A stretch of DNA of 32,000 nt from Candidatus Kuenenia stuttgartensis (GCF_900232105.1 NZ_LT934425.1:1950001-1982000), one strand, 5' to 3'; shown: positions 8,492 to 17,521, numbered from the stretch's first letter. The notes: generated by a model from the sequence alone, not told the origin. Numbers and translations are program-made.

Positions 8492-8749
8492 GTAACTATT
8501 CAGCGTAAACGATACACGGCTCGTTCCCAAACTCCAGTTTGGGAATGCATTTGTTCGAGAAACTCCGGTTTCTCGCCTGTTTGCTGATAGATAGGGAATA
8601 AAATCACAGGGTTAAGACAGTTTGTAATTTGTCAAGTCTGACACGCACTGGAAACAAAGTTTCCAGTGCAATTGTGTTCCCAAACTGTGGTTTGGTAACG
8701 AGTTGCGCTCTGATCTCCGGTAGTTTAATAAATTACGCTGAATAGTTAC
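8492..8749 (+). mobile_element. MITE-like non-autonomous element, family F1, long copy (258 bp)
   Basis: Perfect 17-bp terminal inverted repeats: GTAACTATTCAGCGTAA at 8492-8508 and its reverse complement at 8733-8749. An exact 8-bp direct repeat GAATAAAA flanks it (8484-8491 and 8750-8757). No coding capacity. Both ends are near-identical to the copy at 28459-28585. Confidence 0.75.
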
Positions 8750-8845
8750 GAATAAAAAATGAAAGAGTCCTGCTCTTTATTTACAAGTCTGAATGAAAAC
8801 GCCATTCCCGTGTAAGGAGGAATGGCCAATGAGGGGTGCCCTAAG

Positions 8846-9907
8846 ATGAAACAAAACACAATACTTATTGTAGACGACGAAGAAAATATACTTAATTCTT
8901 TAGGCAGGTTGCTGGATGATCTGGGCTGCACGGTTTTTTTTGCATATGACGGCAAGAAGGGTTTGGAGATAATAAAGGATAAAGATATTCACCTGGTGAT
9001 ATCCGATTACAGGATGCCCGGCATGGATGGCATAAAATTTCTTGATGAGGTCAAAAAGATTTCGCCGGGAACTATCCGGCTCATGCTGACAGGATACGCC
9101 GATATTGATCTGGCAATAAAGGCAATAAACGAAGGCGAGGTTTACCGGTTTATTACAAAACCATGGAACAATATCGAACTTTTGGTCACAGTAAATCAGG
9201 GCCTGGAATATTTCAACATGCAAAGAGAACTGTGCCGGTTGAACAAACTCATACAGTCTCAAAATGAAGCGCTTAAAGAATGGAACTCAAAACTCGAACA
9301 AAAGGTGTCGGAACAAACAAAATATATACAGGATTTCTTTCTGGAGTCCATTAAGTCCCTTGTAGTTGCGCTGGAAGTAAAGGATAAATATACAGAAGGA
9401 CATTCAAGGCGCGTCTCTGAATATGCCACATACATTTGCCGGAAGATGTCACTGCCGGAAGCATTTATAGAGGACGTAAAACTGGGGAGTTTATTGCATG
9501 ATATCGGGAAAATAGGCATCAAAGAATCTATCTTAGGCAAAAACACCGGTTTGACGAAAGAAGAATACGAGCATATTAAAACCCACCCATCCATCGGAGA
9601 GCGTATCTTAACACCCATTATCAAAAACAGTACTGTCATTAATATTATCAGATATCACCATGAGCATTTAGACGGCAATGGCTACCCTGATGGACTGAAA
9701 GGTGCCGTAATCCCTCTGGAAGCCAGGATAGTCGCTGTTGCGGATGCACATGATGCATTACTGTCAGAACGTCCTTATCGTAAAGCCAGAGACCCATTAA
9801 GCGCCAAGAAAGAATTGGTAAAATGTGCCGATATACAGTTTGATTCAAAGGTAGTTGAAATTCTCACATCAAACGAACACAATGTGACGGACAGCCCGTT
9901 CAGGTGA
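8846..9907 (+). CDS. Response regulator with HD-GYP output domain (RpfG-type c-di-GMP phosphodiesterase)
   Basis: The receiver has an intact phospho-acceptor ([12 protein letters not shown]). The HD-GYP domain shows HSRRV, LLHDIGK and [15 protein letters not shown] prefer ATG 8846 ([12 protein letters not shown], parallel to the paralog) over the track start at 8822. Confidence 0.9.
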   Translation: MKQNTILIVDDEENILNSLGRLLDDLGCTVFFAYDGKKGLEIIKDKDIHLVISDYRMPGMDGIKFLDEVKKISPGTIRLMLTGYADIDLAIKAINEGEVYRFITKPWNNIELLVTVNQGLEYFNMQRELCRLNKLIQSQNEALKEWNSKLEQKVSEQTKYIQDFFLESIKSLVVALEVKDKYTEGHSRRVSEYATYICRKMSLPEAFIEDVKLGSLLHDIGKIGIKESILGKNTGLTKEEYEHIKTHPSIGERILTPIIKNSTVINIIRYHHEHLDGNGYPDGLKGAVIPLEARIVAVADAHDALLSERPYRKARDPLSAKKELVKCADIQFDSKVVEILTSNEHNVTDSPFR

Positions 9908-9972
9908 ATCATTTTTTTAAAAACCCTTATAAAAGACCGATCTATTACCCTACGCTTCTCATACTTTTATAA

Positions 9973-10749
9973 ATGAACATTCTCATATCCATAGACCATA
10001 CAGTTAAAAAGTTTCTCCTTTCAATGGGACAGGTAACGTTGCTGGCCTTCAAAGGGTTTTGGGGCATTTTTTTGCCGCCTTTTAATCCGAAGCTGCTACT
10101 GAAGGAAATTGACAATTTCGGCGCCGGTTCATTTCTGCTTGTGAATATCATTGCCTTGTTTACCGGCATGGTCATGTCGCTCCAGACAATTTACGGATTG
10201 CGCATGTATGGGGCAGAGATGTATGTGGGAAGCGTTGTTTCCCTTTCCATTGTGAGGGAACTAGGTCCGGTTCTCACCTCTATTATGGTGGGAGCACGTA
10301 TCGGCTCAGGCATTGCGGCAGAAATCGGCTCGATGCAGGTAACAGAGCAAATTGACGCCATGCGGGCTTTAGGAGCAAGCCCCATCAAAAAACTGGTATC
10401 TCCAAAAATATTCGCCGGATTGATTACGCTGCCCCTCCTTACGGTCACAGCGGATTTCATTGGTATTTTTGGCGGACTCATAATTGCAACCTTTGAATTG
10501 GATATAGACCATATTTTCTATATTAATTCTATTTTAACCACCATTACCATTTCTGATTTCATTAGCGGCATTGGCAAAACAGTCTTTTTTGGACTGCTTA
10601 TTGCCGTTATCGGCTGTTATTTCGGGCTTAAAACATCAGGGGGTACCACCGGCGTGGGGCGTTCCACCACTATTTCTGTGGTAACAATCTCGATTTCCAT
10701 CCTAATTGCAGATTTCTTCCTCACAAAATTGTTTCTTATGATCTTCTGA
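9973..10749 (+). CDS. mlaE: MlaE-family ABC transporter permease (phospholipid retrograde transport)
   Basis: 258-aa polytopic protein of the YrbE/MlaE type (REL GPVLTSIMVGARIGSGIAAEIGSMQVTEQIDA). Its stop overlaps the next start by 1 nt (TGATG). Confidence 0.85.
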   Translation: MNILISIDHTVKKFLLSMGQVTLLAFKGFWGIFLPPFNPKLLLKEIDNFGAGSFLLVNIIALFTGMVMSLQTIYGLRMYGAEMYVGSVVSLSIVRELGPVLTSIMVGARIGSGIAAEIGSMQVTEQIDAMRALGASPIKKLVSPKIFAGLITLPLLTVTADFIGIFGGLIIATFELDIDHIFYINSILTTITISDFISGIGKTVFFGLLIAVIGCYFGLKTSGGTTGVGRSTTISVVTISISILIADFFLTKLFLMIF

Positions 10750-11492
10750 TGAAAAAACCCATAATTGAAATTAAACATGTCTATAAATCATTTAACAATC
10801 ATCCGGTTCTGAATGATATAAATCTTTCCGTACAGGAAGGGGAAATCATATCGCTCCTTGGCGCAAGCGGAACGGGGAAAAGTGTTCTTTTGAAAGGACT
10901 TATCGGCTTAATAAAGCCGGATAAGGGCGATATCTTTGTTATGGGTAAAAATGTTGCACAAATGAATGAAGATGCATTAATTAAATTACGGGTTCATGTG
11001 GGAATGCTGTTTCAGGGTGCAGCATTGTTTGACTCATTAACCGTATTTGAAAATATTGCCTATCCGCTACGGGAACACCTTAGTCTTTCAGAAGTAGAAA
11101 TAAGGTCACGCGTTTCAGAAAAATTACAACTGGTAGGCCTTAAAGGCATTGAGGCAAAAATGCCGGATGAATTGAGCGGAGGCATGAAAAAGAGGGTAGG
11201 CCTGGCAAGGGCTATCGCCACTGACCCGGATATTATTTTATATGATGAGCCCACTACAGGTTTAGACCCCATTAATGCGCAGCGCATTAATGATCTCATT
11301 ATGGAATTACAGAAAAAACTTGGCATTACCACTATCGTTGTAACCCATGATCTCCATTGTGTGAAAACGATATCAGACCGCATCGCAATGCTTCATGAGG
11401 GAAAAATCATTTTTGTTGGAACATGGCAGGAAATAACATCCTGCCCATTAAATGAAGTAAAGGACTTTATCAGCGGCAATATCTGTTTGTAA
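10749..11492 (+). CDS. mlaF: MlaF-type ABC transporter ATP-binding protein
   Basis: Walker A GASGTGKS, ABC signature LSGGMKKR and Walker B ILYDEPTTGLD. It is translationally coupled to mlaE. Confidence 0.85.
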   Translation: MKKPIIEIKHVYKSFNNHPVLNDINLSVQEGEIISLLGASGTGKSVLLKGLIGLIKPDKGDIFVMGKNVAQMNEDALIKLRVHVGMLFQGAALFDSLTVFENIAYPLREHLSLSEVEIRSRVSEKLQLVGLKGIEAKMPDELSGGMKKRVGLARAIATDPDIILYDEPTTGLDPINAQRINDLIMELQKKLGITTIVVTHDLHCVKTISDRIAMLHEGKIIFVGTWQEITSCPLNEVKDFISGNICL

Positions 11493-11514
11493 AAGTGTTA
11501 CAAAAGGAGAAAGT

Positions 11515-12336
11515 ATGCGTAAAGAACACGTTGCAGAATTACGGGCGGGAATTTTTACTATTATTACGTTGATATGTCTTAGCATAGCGCTGTTTATTCT
11601 TGGTTCACAAAAAGGATATTTCAGACCCCATGTTACACTGAAGGCACGGTTCCTCCATGTCTATGGACTGCAAAAGGGCGTTCCGGTGCGTTTTATGGGG
11701 GTAACGGTAGGCCAGGTTAGAAACATCATACTCCCGGAGGAGTCGCCATGCAATGAGATTGAAGTAGTGATGCAAGTAGATAAAGCCGTCCAGAAAAATA
11801 TCCTGACAGATTCCGTTGCCACCATAAAATGGCTCAGTTATGTTACAGGTGATTCATACGTGGAAATCTCTTCGAAAGACTGTACCGGACATATTATAAA
11901 GGATGGAGATACCATTAAGGGCGCTGAACCAATGGACTATACCTCCGCCATTGAAAATGGAACCATTGCTATAAAATCTATCGCTCGGTTCTTTAACAAA
12001 CTGGATGAAGGAAAATTCGCGGAAACCTTAATCAGCGTATCGCTGTCGTTGAATGAAAGCATTACCCAATTCAGGGAGAGTACAGGGCTTTTAAATGCAT
12101 TAATTTATGACGTACGTGGAAGGCTCCTCATGGATAATTTAATTACCGCCTCTGACTCGTTTAATGAAATTATTGCAAAAGTAGCGGAGGGCGAGGGCAC
12201 ACTTGGGGCATTAATTGCAGACCCGGAATTGTACGACAATATGAAAAGTCTTTTGGGAGGTGCAGAAAGAAGCCGTATCCTGCGAAATGTCATCCGGAAG
12301 AGTATTGAAAAGGGGAAAACAAATACCACTCAATAA
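11515..12336 (+). CDS. mlaD: MlaD/MCE-domain substrate-binding protein
   Basis: An N-terminal TM anchor is followed by an MCE fold segment (GLQKGVPVRFMGVTVGQV). It is third in the mlaEFD order. Confidence 0.8.
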   Translation: MRKEHVAELRAGIFTIITLICLSIALFILGSQKGYFRPHVTLKARFLHVYGLQKGVPVRFMGVTVGQVRNIILPEESPCNEIEVVMQVDKAVQKNILTDSVATIKWLSYVTGDSYVEISSKDCTGHIIKDGDTIKGAEPMDYTSAIENGTIAIKSIARFFNKLDEGKFAETLISVSLSLNESITQFRESTGLLNALIYDVRGRLLMDNLITASDSFNEIIAKVAEGEGTLGALIADPELYDNMKSLLGGAERSRILRNVIRKSIEKGKTNTTQ

Positions 12337-12344
12337 CAATTTTT

Positions 12345-12370
12345 GATGTACGATTTTTAAATCGTACATC
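12345..12370 (+). terminator. Hairpin downstream of mlaD
   Basis: GATGTACGAT (12345-12354) pairs with ATCGTACATC (12361-12370). The stem is a perfect 10 bp and lies 9 nt after the mlaD stop. No clear U-tract follows. Confidence 0.45.
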
Positions 12371-12400
12371 TAATGCCGTAAATGTTCATGCTGGAAATAA

Positions 12401-12430
12401 AAATACAGAATACGAAACAAATCCGAATAA
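12401..12430 (-). repeat. Family F4 repeat copy (ATTAGAATTTGTTTC-type, diverged)
   Basis: The reverse complement TTATTCGGATTTGTTTCGTATTCTGTATTT matches the 15692 copy in 15 of its first 18 nt. It lies at the left edge of the G+C-richer island. Confidence 0.4.
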
Positions 12431-12507
12431 TAAAACATAAAATTCAAAACAAATCTAAAACACACTTATCTGCGTGCGATCAAGCACAGGCAGGCAACAA
12501 CGACACC

Positions 12508-13165
12508 CTACTTGCGTTTCCGATGATACCATTCGGTATGTTCATGCTGCTTCAGATATGCTCCCTTGGCGCCCAACTGCGGCAGCCGATTAATCATATC
12601 CAGCACAAGGTGAAATCTTTCGAGATCATTTAAAACAATCATGTCCATGCATGTTTTTATTGTTGGTACGGTGGTACGTCAACCGATGCACCAGCCAGGG
12701 TAGCCGTTTCTCAAGGAACTTTAAATGATCGGGGTACTCTGAATCCACCAGCAGTGGGATCTGGTGGGATCGAAAGGTGCCCTCAATTTGAAGTCCATCG
12801 ACGACTTTAGGGCCAGTCCAGCCTTTGGGTGAATTGAGGACGATCATTGGCCATCGTGGACGAGTAGTGTCGTTCTTCTTCCGTGCATTATCTTGGATTT
12901 GCCGAATACTTTCGATGACCTGTTCCAAAGTACTGGCCATGAGTTGGTGCATCTCTTCCGGCTCATCACCTTCCACAAAGTAAGGTGTCCATCCGCAGCC
13001 TCTCAAAAATTGCTCTAATTCCTCTGGCTCTATGCGGGCAAGTACGGTTGGGTTAGCTATTTTATAGCCGTTAAGATGCAGGATCGGTAGTACTACTCCA
13101 TCGTTGATCGGATTGAGAAATTTGTTGGAGTGCCATGCTGTTGACGGTCATCTCAATATCTTTCT
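12508..13165 (-). pseudogene. xfp: Phosphoketolase (Xfp) remnant: mid-gene fragment fused to the C-terminal end, 5'-truncated, with frameshifts
   Basis: Reverse translation gives (P)[66 protein letters not shown]...[37 protein letters not shown]...HLKFLE. After a frame change it jumps to ...[31 protein letters not shown], which is the extreme C-terminus of phosphoketolases. A stop lies just upstream of the TAWHS segment. I estimate from memory of family length that about 340 internal residues and the N-terminal third are missing. Confidence 0.8.
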
Positions 13166-13223
13166 TCGTCTATAGTTAAAGTTTACTTACGCGTTTGCTT
13201 CAACGGGAACGCTCGTTGACAGC

Positions 13224-13928
13224 CTATTCATCAACCCAATATCCCTGGCGATTGTAATATTGATGCAGTACTGTCTCATACTCTCGAGTCAGTAGAGACT
13301 CCTCTGTATATTCCGGTGACTGCTTGATGGTCTCACGAGAAAGATTGACAAATACTTTCGACTTATCCCAACTAATGCGCTCGATCCATTGCGGTGAAAT
13401 CAGCACCTTTTTCCCAGACCACCATTTCTGTGTATCGATGATTAGATAACGAATAACCCACATCTCGTCATCGATAATAAAATCATTGACATAGCCAATC
13501 TCGTCGTCTGAAGCCTGGATGCGATAGCTGCTCACCTCGCGAGTGCTGCGCAAATGGGGATCCCACTCTTCCGTATCTTGATAAGAGTCCAGCATGTGTG
13601 GGCCGCCAAAATGCGGCGGAAATCCATAATATGCGCGGTAGGTTTCCTCGAATTGTCGCGAGACGGGCTTGTCACTGTTCAAGGATGGGCTGCCCTCGAT
13701 CTGCTTTTTGGTTAAATCAATGGTGATGTATTGCTCTTTTTCATTCACGGCGCCAAACGCATACGGAGAAATTAACACCTCTCTGCCCGTAAGCCAGTTT
13801 CCCGTGTCGGCCACCAGATAGCGAATGACCCAGTACTGATCATCAAAGTAAAATTCTTCGACTTTCCCTATTTCCCCGTCAAGGCCGCGCAATGTATAAC
13901 CTTTTAGTGTTTTACCTTTGTATAGCAT
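13224..13928 (-). CDS. Tandem PRC-barrel domain protein
   Basis: 234 aa with two copies of the PRC-barrel pattern: G.LDGEIGKVEEFYFDDQYWVIRYLVADTG...REVLISP and SDDEIGYVNDFIIDDEMWVIRYLIIDTQ...KKVLISP. The reading frame is intact. Confidence 0.85.
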   Translation of the reverse strand: MLYKGKTLKGYTLRGLDGEIGKVEEFYFDDQYWVIRYLVADTGNWLTGREVLISPYAFGAVNEKEQYITIDLTKKQIEGSPSLNSDKPVSRQFEETYRAYYGFPPHFGGPHMLDSYQDTEEWDPHLRSTREVSSYRIQASDDEIGYVNDFIIDDEMWVIRYLIIDTQKWWSGKKVLISPQWIERISWDKSKVFVNLSRETIKQSPEYTEESLLTREYETVLHQYYNRQGYWVDE

Positions 13929-14137
13929 AGTCGTATTCCTTTCGTACTTTAAGTTTCGTTTTATTCGCTGTTGCCACCCGGCTGACAGCGTATTTGAGAA
14001 ATCGGTTTCACTGCGATCTGCACTGGCGACAACACTCCTATTGCACCGGTGGCGGCGGCTCCGCTATGGTGGGCGGGCACACCGAAAACGGATCGAGACG
14101 AGAGATTTATTTCGCCGCATAGTCCGAATTCCTTTTT

Positions 14138-14356
14138 TCATTGGAGCCAATCTATCAGGAAACCTGATGCTGGCCTGGCATCATAGGATTCAGGAATGAG
14201 ACTACCTTTCTGGTTTCCTGCTGAGTCGCTGAAGGTTAAATTCGTACCTGGTAAACCGATACGGTCAATGTTTCCATGAAAACTTCGTTCCAGCGATTCA
14301 CCTGTCTGATACAATGCAAACTTGATGCTCGATGAGCCACCATTGATCGTCAGCAC
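14138..14356 (-). pseudogene. ackA: Acetate kinase N-terminal fragment (about 72 codons, then a stop)
   Basis: (V/M)LTINGGSSSIKFALYQ carries the AckA N-terminal phosphate-1 motif (NxGSSSxK). The ORF stops after 72 aa and I recognise no kinase sequence downstream. Confidence 0.7.
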
Positions 14357-14392
14357 GCCAGCGTGAATCCGATTTGCGGATAAACAGGTTTG

Positions 14393-15019
14393 TCATTCTG
14401 CAACCTCCAATCCAAACGAAGCCAGCTTCGCGCATGTAGAACTGTAATCCGTATGAAGAACACTTCGAATCCCCAAACTTTCTGCAACCTCGACGAACAT
14501 GGGGGTGTTTTCGATATAGACTACCTGCCGGGCTGGCGTCTGGGCAATATCCAGCGCAAGCCGAAAGATGTCAGTGTCTGGCTTACGGACATGGACGAAG
14601 CAGGAGGAAATAAAAAAATCCACGAACCCATCAAGCTTGAACGTTCGAATTCGGTACACATTCAGTTCCCGTGCTTCGTTGCTGACAACGACAATCTTCA
14701 ATCCACATCGTGCCTTAAGCCGGCGGACCAAGTCAATCATTTTGGGATACGGCTTCGACTGGGCGAACATGAATTTCCGAAACTGCGCCGGAGTAAACGG
14801 CCGCTCCTTGTAAAACACCACCCGATCTAGATATTCTTCCAGCGTGAGCTTTCCCTCCTCGTAGGTTTCGACAGTTAGATGATGTCGGTCATTCATCTCG
14901 GCCAACTCCAGCTTGAAATTTATCGCCGCCCGTTTACGAGCATGATGGTCCCATCCGTTAGTGAGCAAAACGCCGCCAATATCCAGGAACAATGTTGTAA
15001 TTGAACTGCCCTTTTTCAT
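14393..15019 (-). CDS. HAD-superfamily hydrolase (subfamily IA-like)
   Basis: 208 aa. Motif I is FLDIGGVLL. A VVSN motif and a C-terminal D-containing motif (VVYIENTP region) are present, with a cap region between motifs I and II. Confidence 0.8.
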   Translation of the reverse strand: MKKGSSITTLFLDIGGVLLTNGWDHHARKRAAINFKLELAEMNDRHHLTVETYEEGKLTLEEYLDRVVFYKERPFTPAQFRKFMFAQSKPYPKMIDLVRRLKARCGLKIVVVSNEARELNVYRIRTFKLDGFVDFFISSCFVHVRKPDTDIFRLALDIAQTPARQVVYIENTPMFVEVAESLGIRSVLHTDYSSTCAKLASFGLEVAE

Positions 15020-15041
15020 TTAGTCTCTCTCAGGTTGATTC

Positions 15042-15480
15042 TTATTCAGCCTGCGAAAAAATTACCACCGTGTATGGCCCTATACTGATTTTGCCGGAGC
15101 AAGGCAGCCCCTCGATTATTTCCTCCTGAGCCTCGACATCAGGGGTTGGATAATTTGTAAAATTAGGGCCGTAGTTATATGCGTCACTGTTAAATCGAGT
15201 CTTCCACAATCCGGCACGCGGAAAACCTATGACATAACACTCGCGGTTTTGATTCGCCATATTCACTACCACAACAACAACGTTATCTGTTGGATATTGT
15301 TTGTCCCAGTGATGGAAAGCGATGGTCTTTATCCTGGAACCAGCGATCTTCCCGCAACTCCAGCGCTTCAAAAATCATCGGGATACCTGCCAAAGTAAGA
15401 ACACGTGCACTTCCTAACGTAGAGCGTTTCTTGGAAAACCAGCTATCCACCTTACCTGGCCATATCGCCCTTATAGTTGG
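15042..15480 (-). pseudogene. GH13 alpha-glucan enzyme (branching or trehalohydrolase-like) C-terminal remnant with frameshift and internal deletion
   Basis: The upstream frame reads ...ARVLTLAGIPMIFEALELREDRW (GH13 conserved region after the catalytic barrel). It shifts frame into IAFHHWDKQ...VVVVVNMANQ...IGFPRAGLWKTRFNSDAYNYG...ISIGPYTVVIF (C-terminal all-beta domain). The segment normally between them is missing. The 5' limit is approximate. Confidence 0.6.
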
Positions 15481-15666
15481 ACAATATTTTGCCGGACATT
15501 TCTTGCCGTAACAGTAATTATATAATAGTGACTACAAAAACGGCAATAAATATAAAAGAGAAAGGAAAAGGAACCAGGTTAGGAGAGTTAGGAAGAATAG
15601 AAATAATTAGTGGTGGAGCGCTGGCGGCGGGAGAAGGTAGAGTAGTTGCTGGCACGGCGGCTATCA

Positions 15667-17274
15667 TCACTGTGGGAGCCGTGACTGGTTATCATTAGAA
15701 TTTGTTTCGGGTTTCGTGTTTTGTACTTCGGATTTCACCGTTAAAGGTACTACTTGCTGCAATGCCAATTGCTTTAACGTTTTGTAATCAACCTTTCCTG
15801 TGGAAAGCAAGGGAATGGCATCTATGTGGAGATAGTGATCTGGCTGTGAAAGCTTTATAATGCCATGTTTATCAAGTGCAGCGTTCAACGAAAGTTTATC
15901 AGGGTTTGGGTGGACAACGAATGCCACGATCTGTTCGCCCTTTTGTGCATGCGGGATGTTTACTACGGCGCAGTTTCTTTTTTCTCCCTCTGTTATTTCA
16001 TCCAAAATGCAGGATAATTTATCCTCAATGGAGGAAAGGGACACCATTTCTCCGCCAATCTTGGCGAATCTTTTCAGACGATCGGTAATGTATAAAAAGC
16101 CGTTGTCAAATTTCCCGATGTCGCCTGTTATGTAATATCCTTCGTGAAAGGCACATTCCGTCAGTTCCGGGGAGTTATAATACCCTTCCATGAAATTAGG
16201 ACCCTGCACAAGAATTAAGCCTTCCTCTCCCTGGGGTACTTCACAATACGTTTCAACATCTACAATTTTACAATTAATATTTGGCAAGAGTTTTCCCACG
16301 CTTCCATGCCGGAAATCATACGCCTTATTCGCGCTGATGCAGGCGCAGCTCTCCGTAGTGCCATACGCTTCATATATAGGGATACCAAACTTTTCCTGAA
16401 ATTTTTCCCTTACTGCACTGTTTAATTTTTCCGCTCCGGCATACGCCAGACGTATAGTGGAGGTCTGTTCTTTGTGCCATTTTTTCACAAAACCACGATA
16501 CAGAGTGCTCGTACCCAGCACGATAGTAACCTTTTTATCATGTACGATCCTCCCCAGCTTTTCATATTCCGTAGGGTTTGGATGGAATACCACGCCAAGT
16601 CCCTTTAATAATGGCAACCATAAACATACGACAAAGCCAAATACATGAAAAAAAGGCATAGCACCTAAAAAGACATCTTCGGGAATAGGATCAAATATGG
16701 TAGAAATGTTTTGTATGGTTGTATAGACATTTTGGTTTGTCAGTGGCACGCCTTTCGGATGGGATTCTGACCCGGAGGTAAAAAGTATAACCGCATTTTT
16801 CTTCGGTAGATCGCAAGCTGAAAATTCCTGAATAAGAGAATCTTTCGATCTGAATTTACATGCAAGGTACGTCAGTATTTTTTTTTTCTTTGAAATGTTG
16901 TTTTTTATGTCCTCGATAAAAATCATTCTTTTGTCGAAAGGTATGCCCGCTTTTTCAATAAAAACCTTCGAGGTCAGTATAGAGCGTACGTCGCACATTT
17001 TTAAAACGTAATCCTGCTCTTCTTTGCTCGCAACGAAATTCAATCCTACAGGGACCTTTCCGGCAAAGGCTGTCGCTATATTTGCCAATGCGCCTCCGAT
17101 TGAAGGGGGGAATACAACGGCAATATTTTCACCTTCCATGTCGCGAATATATTTTGACAAAAGAATGCCGCCTGTAAGGGTCTGCCCGAAGGTAAGTGAT
17201 ATCCCAAACGAATCAAAGAAAACAGTTTTATTAAAATTATTTTTTGCTGTGGTTATAAAACTTTTTAAAATCAT
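15667..17274 (-). CDS. AMP-dependent acyl-CoA/acyl-ACP synthetase (Aas C-terminal-domain-like)
   Basis: AMP-binding motifs FTSGSESHPKGV, YEAYGTTE and GDIGKFDNGFLYITDRLKRFAKIGGEMVSL; the last resembles acyl-ACP synthetase Aas. ATG 17274 (MILKSF) with an AAAGGA Shine-Dalgarno is preferred over the GTG at 17316. Confidence 0.85.
   Translation of the reverse strand: MILKSFITTAKNNFNKTVFFDSFGISLTFGQTLTGGILLSKYIRDMEGENIAVVFPPSIGGALANIATAFAGKVPVGLNFVASKEEQDYVLKMCDVRSILTSKVFIEKAGIPFDKRMIFIEDIKNNISKKKKILTYLACKFRSKDSLIQEFSACDLPKKNAVILFTSGSESHPKGVPLTNQNVYTTIQNISTIFDPIPEDVFLGAMPFFHVFGFVVCLWLPLLKGLGVVFHPNPTEYEKLGRIVHDKKVTIVLGTSTLYRGFVKKWHKEQTSTIRLAYAGAEKLNSAVREKFQEKFGIPIYEAYGTTESCACISANKAYDFRHGSVGKLLPNINCKIVDVETYCEVPQGEEGLILVQGPNFMEGYYNSPELTECAFHEGYYITGDIGKFDNGFLYITDRLKRFAKIGGEMVSLSSIEDKLSCILDEITEGEKRNCAVVNIPHAQKGEQIVAFVVHPNPDKLSLNAALDKHGIIKLSQPDHYLHIDAIPLLSTGKVDYKTLKQLALQQVVPLTVKSEVQNTKPETNSNDNQSRLPQ
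15692..15739 (+). repeat. Family F4 repeat copy
   Basis: TCATTAGAATTTGTTTCGGGTTTCGTGTTTTGTACTTCGGATTTCACC. It overlaps and encodes the last codons of the acyl-AMP ligase gene on the opposite strand. Confidence 0.55.
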
Positions 17275-17344
17275 TAATATTCCTTTTAGATTTACGATTT
17301 TGGATTTACGAAGCACGATTTAAAATAGTACTTCGTACTCCATT

Positions 17345-17374
17345 CTCGTTTCCAGGTCGGAACCTGGGAACGAG
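17345..17374. repeat. F1-core-like hairpin (CTCGTTYCCA...TGGGAACGAG)
   Basis: CTCGTTTCCAGGT (17345-17357) pairs with ACCTGGGAACGAG (17362-17374). The stem is 13 bp with 1 mismatch. It shares the CTCGTTCCCA/TGGGAACGAG arms of the F1 MITE core. Confidence 0.5.
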
Positions 17375-17521
17375 AGGAAAGTTTTGTTCATATTTTAATG
17401 TTTCTATAATTGGAGTCAATTATTTAATCAGTTTATACTCAATAGTCTTACAATTGTAACGAAGCAATCGCTTCTTCCTGCAAATCTGGGATTCCTAAGC
17501 TTATATAGCCAGAACCAAACA

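Noticed and set aside
8484-8492. Idea that the F1 MITE insertion truncated the first response regulator and removed its HD-GYP domain
   Set aside because: The TAA stop (8487-8489) lies within the duplicated target GAATAAAA, so the pre-insertion sequence already ended the ORF at the same codon.
8222-8530. ORFs beginning MGTSRVSF (8222-8530 minus strand, and the first 33 codons of the 28547 ORF), which look like a conserved protein N-terminus
   Set aside because: The shared peptide is simply the translation of the F1 MITE end, which is present at both loci. mtaB homology starts only at ATG 28646.
8519-8702. Possible CRISPR array (several similar short hairpins); the same question was asked of the F2 copies at 24.4-28.4 kb
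   Set aside because: There are no equal-length direct repeats separated by unique spacers of constant size. The hairpins differ in sequence and lie inside a transposon-like element with terminal repeats and a target duplication. No cas operon is present.
12382-12633. 83-aa plus-strand ORF
   Set aside because: It overlaps, in antisense, the C-terminal phosphoketolase remnant and the F4 repeat. Its sequence is low-complexity and Lys/Ile/Gln-rich.
13918-14199. 93-aa plus-strand ORF, and the possibility that the minus strand here continues the acetate kinase
   Set aside because: The plus ORF has no motifs and overlaps the PRC-barrel start. On the minus strand, only a weak resemblance to the AckA region after residue 72 (GVPAHHSGA versus VGHRVVHGG) could be seen, too weak to claim.
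15477-15698. 73-aa plus-strand ORF with a Gly/Ala-rich tail
   Set aside because: Its 3' end overlaps the acyl-AMP ligase gene on the other strand. It has no start context or motif and lies in the junction of the decayed island.
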